Below, piece after piece: positions 60,550-64,000 of a stretch of 64,000 nucleotides of DNA (its first letter is position 1; each line of letters starts with the position of its first letter). This DNA is from Felis catus. Lineage: Eukaryota. The position numbers and the translations under genes are program-made. Where the stretch lies: positions 130,636,001 to 130,700,000 of the forward strand of contig NC_058368.1 of NCBI RefSeq assembly GCF_018350175.1, read 5' to 3'. Under the pieces are notes generated by a model. The model worked only from the letters and a program-made list of their open reading frames with translations. It searched no databases and had not been told where the DNA came from.

Positions 60550-61194
60550 ATCTTGCTTGTTTCTCATAATTTATATAAGCTTTAAAGAGGCATACCTTTG
60601 ATAGACAGGAAAGGCAAATCAAATATTGTAGCAGGCCTAAAGATGGAGAAGTTTATTAAAAATAGCTGAGTTGAGAAACCTTTCCTTTTTGAGCATGGAT
60701 ATTCTTAACACTTCTGTCTGCTAGCTGCCAAACTTAAGGCAGAGAAAGAAGCTATCATTCACCAAATTCACCTTAAAAAGTCTTAATGTTCAAATTCGTT
60801 AGACACGCTCTTGGCTCTTGAAACTGTGACAGCAAAGCATTGAGCACAGGTGTTCATGGCTCCTCATAATAAATTTCAACTTTCTATGGGACAGCATCAG
60901 GTTCGCTTGATATTTATACCTATACGTTTGTTAGAGGAGAGAATGAGACAGGTGTGGGCTTGAAGGTATGAGCACATTGATGGTTAATGGGTTTAATTTC
61001 CCATTATCAGTAATACCACTCCTTTATGAAAAGTGAGGATGTAAAGAAGACCCAGTTTAAGAGGGAAAATCATGTTTGTCCCCAGGATGGATTCACTGAG
61101 CTACTAAAATGCTGCAAGCTTTACAGAAAATGCTAACTCTGCTTTAGCATGCAAGTTGCTTTCCTATTTTGATTAATCATGCCGTTCCAATCTA

Positions 61195-61380
61195 GTAAGT
61201 GGTTCTCAAAGTTTTTTGCTCATCAGAATCTTATTTACAATCCCAGGGACAGGGTTTTCTGCTCATAGATTTTTAACTCTGGATCTAGGTAAAATCCAAG
61301 TGTAAAAATTTTAACCATCTCTGAAAGTGATTCTGATAAAGGTAGTATTAGGAAAACAACCTGAAAAACAAAGTTACTAG
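61195..61380. mobile_element. MER5-type DNA transposon relic
   Basis: AAGTGGTTCTCAAAG...CATCAGAATC...GTGATTCTGAT. Confidence 0.6.
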
Positions 61381-61576
61381 CTGGTTGTTGGACTAATATG
61401 TTAAATGCAGAATATGAAATGATGGAGAACAAAAATGAACCTTTAAACTAGTTCTGCATGCAAACAAAAATAGCACGAAAGAACTGAAATTATCTTATCT
61501 ATAGGAAAATAGGTACTAGGTACCAGTTCAGGTTTTACCTCCTTTATATAACTTAACACACATGACTTTCATTTTG

Positions 61577-61957
61577 TGTGATCAACTGAATTGTAAACCA
61601 CCCCCCAAACTCATGTATTTAAACTTGTCTCCCAATGCAACTGTATTTGAAGATTGGGCCTATAAGGAGGTTATTTAAGGTGAAATGAGGTCATATGGGT
61701 GCAGTCTTCATACAAGAAGACTAGTGTTTTTCTAACAGCCAGTAGAGAGCTAACTTACTCTCTTTAAGAGGTCATGTGAGCACACAGTGACATGGTGGCT
61801 GCCTACAGGCCGCGAAGAGAGGCCTCACCAGGGACAGACCATAATGGCACCCTGAGAACAGACTTCCAGCCTCCAGAACTGTGAGGAAATAACTAACTGT
61901 TGTTCAAGTCCCCCAGTCTCTCATATTTTGTTACTGCAGCCCCAGCAAACTGAGACA
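61577..61957 (+). mobile_element. MaLR solo LTR (MLT1A/B-like)
   Basis: ACTGAATTG...AAATGAGGTCAT...GACTTCCAGCCTCCAGAACTGTGAG...CAAACTGAGACA. Confidence 0.9.
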
Positions 61958-62929
61958 GTGAGCAAAGTTTGGTTTATCATTTTATTTTAAGAACATACAG
62001 TGGAATTTAGGTTAATAAAAATTATATAAATTATTAGTATATGGTCACTAGATATGTGTTGAATAAGTGAAAAATATGAATTGAAGCATCTTCTAAATAA
62101 GGTGTAAAAATTTCAATATCATTGCACATTTCATTGCTGTAGCATACCTTTACTGTTATTCACTTAAAACATTCACTGTGCATAGATCTTTAGTAAGAGT
62201 CAAAAGCTTTGAAAATAGTCCATAGGCTTTACCTCCAAAATATAGAAGTCTTTTTATATATAATTTTGTTTTAAAATTGTTGGTAAGCCCAAATACTCTT
62301 TGAAACCCTTTTCTACCTTGGGTCTTCTCTTCACAGAGTAGGGGTTCCAAACATCTCTTTTCCTACCTGTCTTTAAGTGGTTCCCTTTTGTTTTTTTCTC
62401 TTATGTTGACTACAAAAATAAACATAGGTATTCAGCATTAACTTCTATGAAGAATAAAAATGTAGCTCAATGTAATGTCTCATTCTGATATGATGGTGTA
62501 ATAGTTTCGGAAGAGTTTCCTGTAGGAAATATGGGGGAAACTTAAGGATATATTTAGAGGCTCAATTATTAAGTAGTAGCAATAAAAATCTCATCTAACA
62601 GCTCAGAGTGTTTAAATGCAATAAATTCAGAGATAAAAAACTGGCAGGGTTTGAAAAAAAGATAATCTATGTAATTTGCATCAAGGAAGAGTAATCAAGG
62701 AAAATAGGAGTAGCAAGACCAAGGTGAGGAACTAAGATCAAATACAACTGTCTAGGGAATGGGGTAGTGTTCTCCAACAGAGCCTCAACCAAATTAAAAA
62801 GGCAACCAAGATGTGGAAGCAAATCTTATAATTAGATTGGCCTTCCTATGTCTCCATGAGGGTTCAGTGTGGTAAATCACTGCTCTCTTCCAGAAAGACT
62901 GGTTGTTCATCAAATGGTTCATTTTGTAG

Positions 62930-63560
62930 CATTTATTTGTTCAGTGATTCATTCGTTTAGTCATCTCTTCAAAGATATTTACTGAGTATCTGCCAGGTGC
63001 CTAGAACTGTTGTAGGCAATGTATGTAGCCATGATCAAAACAAAAGGTCTATTCTCCTTGAGATTACGTTCTAGTGGTCATCTTTGGGTGAGAGACCATA
63101 AACACTTGCATAAATATATAGACATCACTGAGGGAAAACAAAGCAAGGTAACTGGATACAGATAAATGAAAAGAGAAAACTCTTTAAGTTGGTTGGGATA
63201 GGAGAGGTGTCAGGGTGGTCTTTCTGAATATAGATCATAAAGAAAGGAGAAATCAGACAGATGCTTAGGAGAAGAACTTTCCAGATATAGCAGAATACTA
63301 TTGACATTATTCCCTTGGAGGAAGAGGAGACGCAAAACTCCTAGATGGGAACTGTCTCCAAGATTGAGGGAGTTCAAGGAAATTAGTGTAGCTGGAATGG
63401 CAAAGGCAAAGGACTACGTATTAAGAGATGAAATATGCAAGGAAGTGGAGGGACAGATTAAGTAAGTCTTCATAGGGCTTTATCCCGGTAGACTGACGAG
63501 TCATTGTGGATTTTGAGAAGAGTAATATGATCTACTATTTTAAATAGAACACCTTGGTTG
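62930..63560 (-). mobile_element. L2 3' portion
   Basis: TTCATTCG...ATATTTACTGAGTATCTGCCAGG...TTCTAGTGG...AGTGTAGCTGGAATG. Confidence 0.8.
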
Positions 63561-63744
63561 TTCTGGCCCAAAACAGAAAGCAATCTGGGATTATTCTTAG
63601 TGCTCTAGGTTGGTAACTCATGTCTTTCATATCCCTGTCTTGATAGTCAGATACATGTTAACATTCTATCTTTATTTTCATGTTGTGGCTAGTCCTCTTG
63701 ATTTTCAATATCTCAAGGTGAAAGCATAACAATGGCCTTCTGTC

Positions 63745-63940
63745 AACCATTCTACCATGTTTATCTGTAAGGACCTTGGACAACTACTTAAACTAGTTTT
63801 CTTTAGTTGCAAATTGGAATTTCTGTATCTTTTTCACAGAAGTGTTCTAGGGTTTGATGGAGAAAATGTCTGTCAAGTATTTACTGTATTACCAAGCATA
63901 GAGCGGTGTTCCATAAATGCTTTTAATGGAATGATTATTA
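63745..63940 (+). mobile_element. MIR
   Basis: GACCTTGGACAACTACTTAAAC...CACAGAAGTGTT. Confidence 0.65.
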
Positions 63941-63957
63941 ATATTATATCTCATTTA

Positions 63958-64000
63958 GGGGTGCCTGTGTGGCTCAATCATTAAGTGTCTGACTTTGGCT
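63958..64000 (+). mobile_element. CanSINE 5' end (cut by the window edge)
   Basis: GGGGTGCCTGTGTGGCTCAATCATTAAGTGTCTGAC. Confidence 0.88.

Noticed and set aside
1..64000. CRISPR arrays, operons or other prokaryote-type systems
   Set aside because: The DNA is mammalian; no regularly spaced repeat-spacer arrays or intact long ORFs.

Overview
AT-rich, CpG-depleted mammalian genomic DNA. The tRNA-derived CanSINEs (SINEC_Fc type, 5' GGGGCGCCTGGGTGGCGCAGTCGGTTAAGCGTCCGAC) and carnivore L1 3' ends point to a felid such as the domestic cat or a relative. No protein-coding exon, RNA gene or CpG-island promoter can be supported, so the window reads as intergenic or deep intronic. Every ORF with a recognisable product is a SINE or L1 remnant or a simple repeat. 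Contents: about 28 CanSINEs (six young, CpG-intact copies with perfect 14-17 bp TSDs), L1 fragments of several ages, two 2-LTR MaLR proviruses (one with a perfect TAACC TSD), five solo LTRs, L2/MIR/MER5/MER102 relics and microsatellites. The most complex feature is an L1 region at 50.4-60.1 kb. It holds a near-full-length old L1 with two younger L1 3' tips carrying apparent 3' transductions, fused tail-to-tail to a twin-primed 5'-inverted L1 with a fold-back at its end. I found no convincing novel biological system. The best leads are retrotransposition by-products, a triple STAT5/BCL6 motif cluster, a candidate 15-nt microexon and a few hairpins. Subfamily names come from remembered consensus motifs, not database searches, and boundaries of old elements are approximate.
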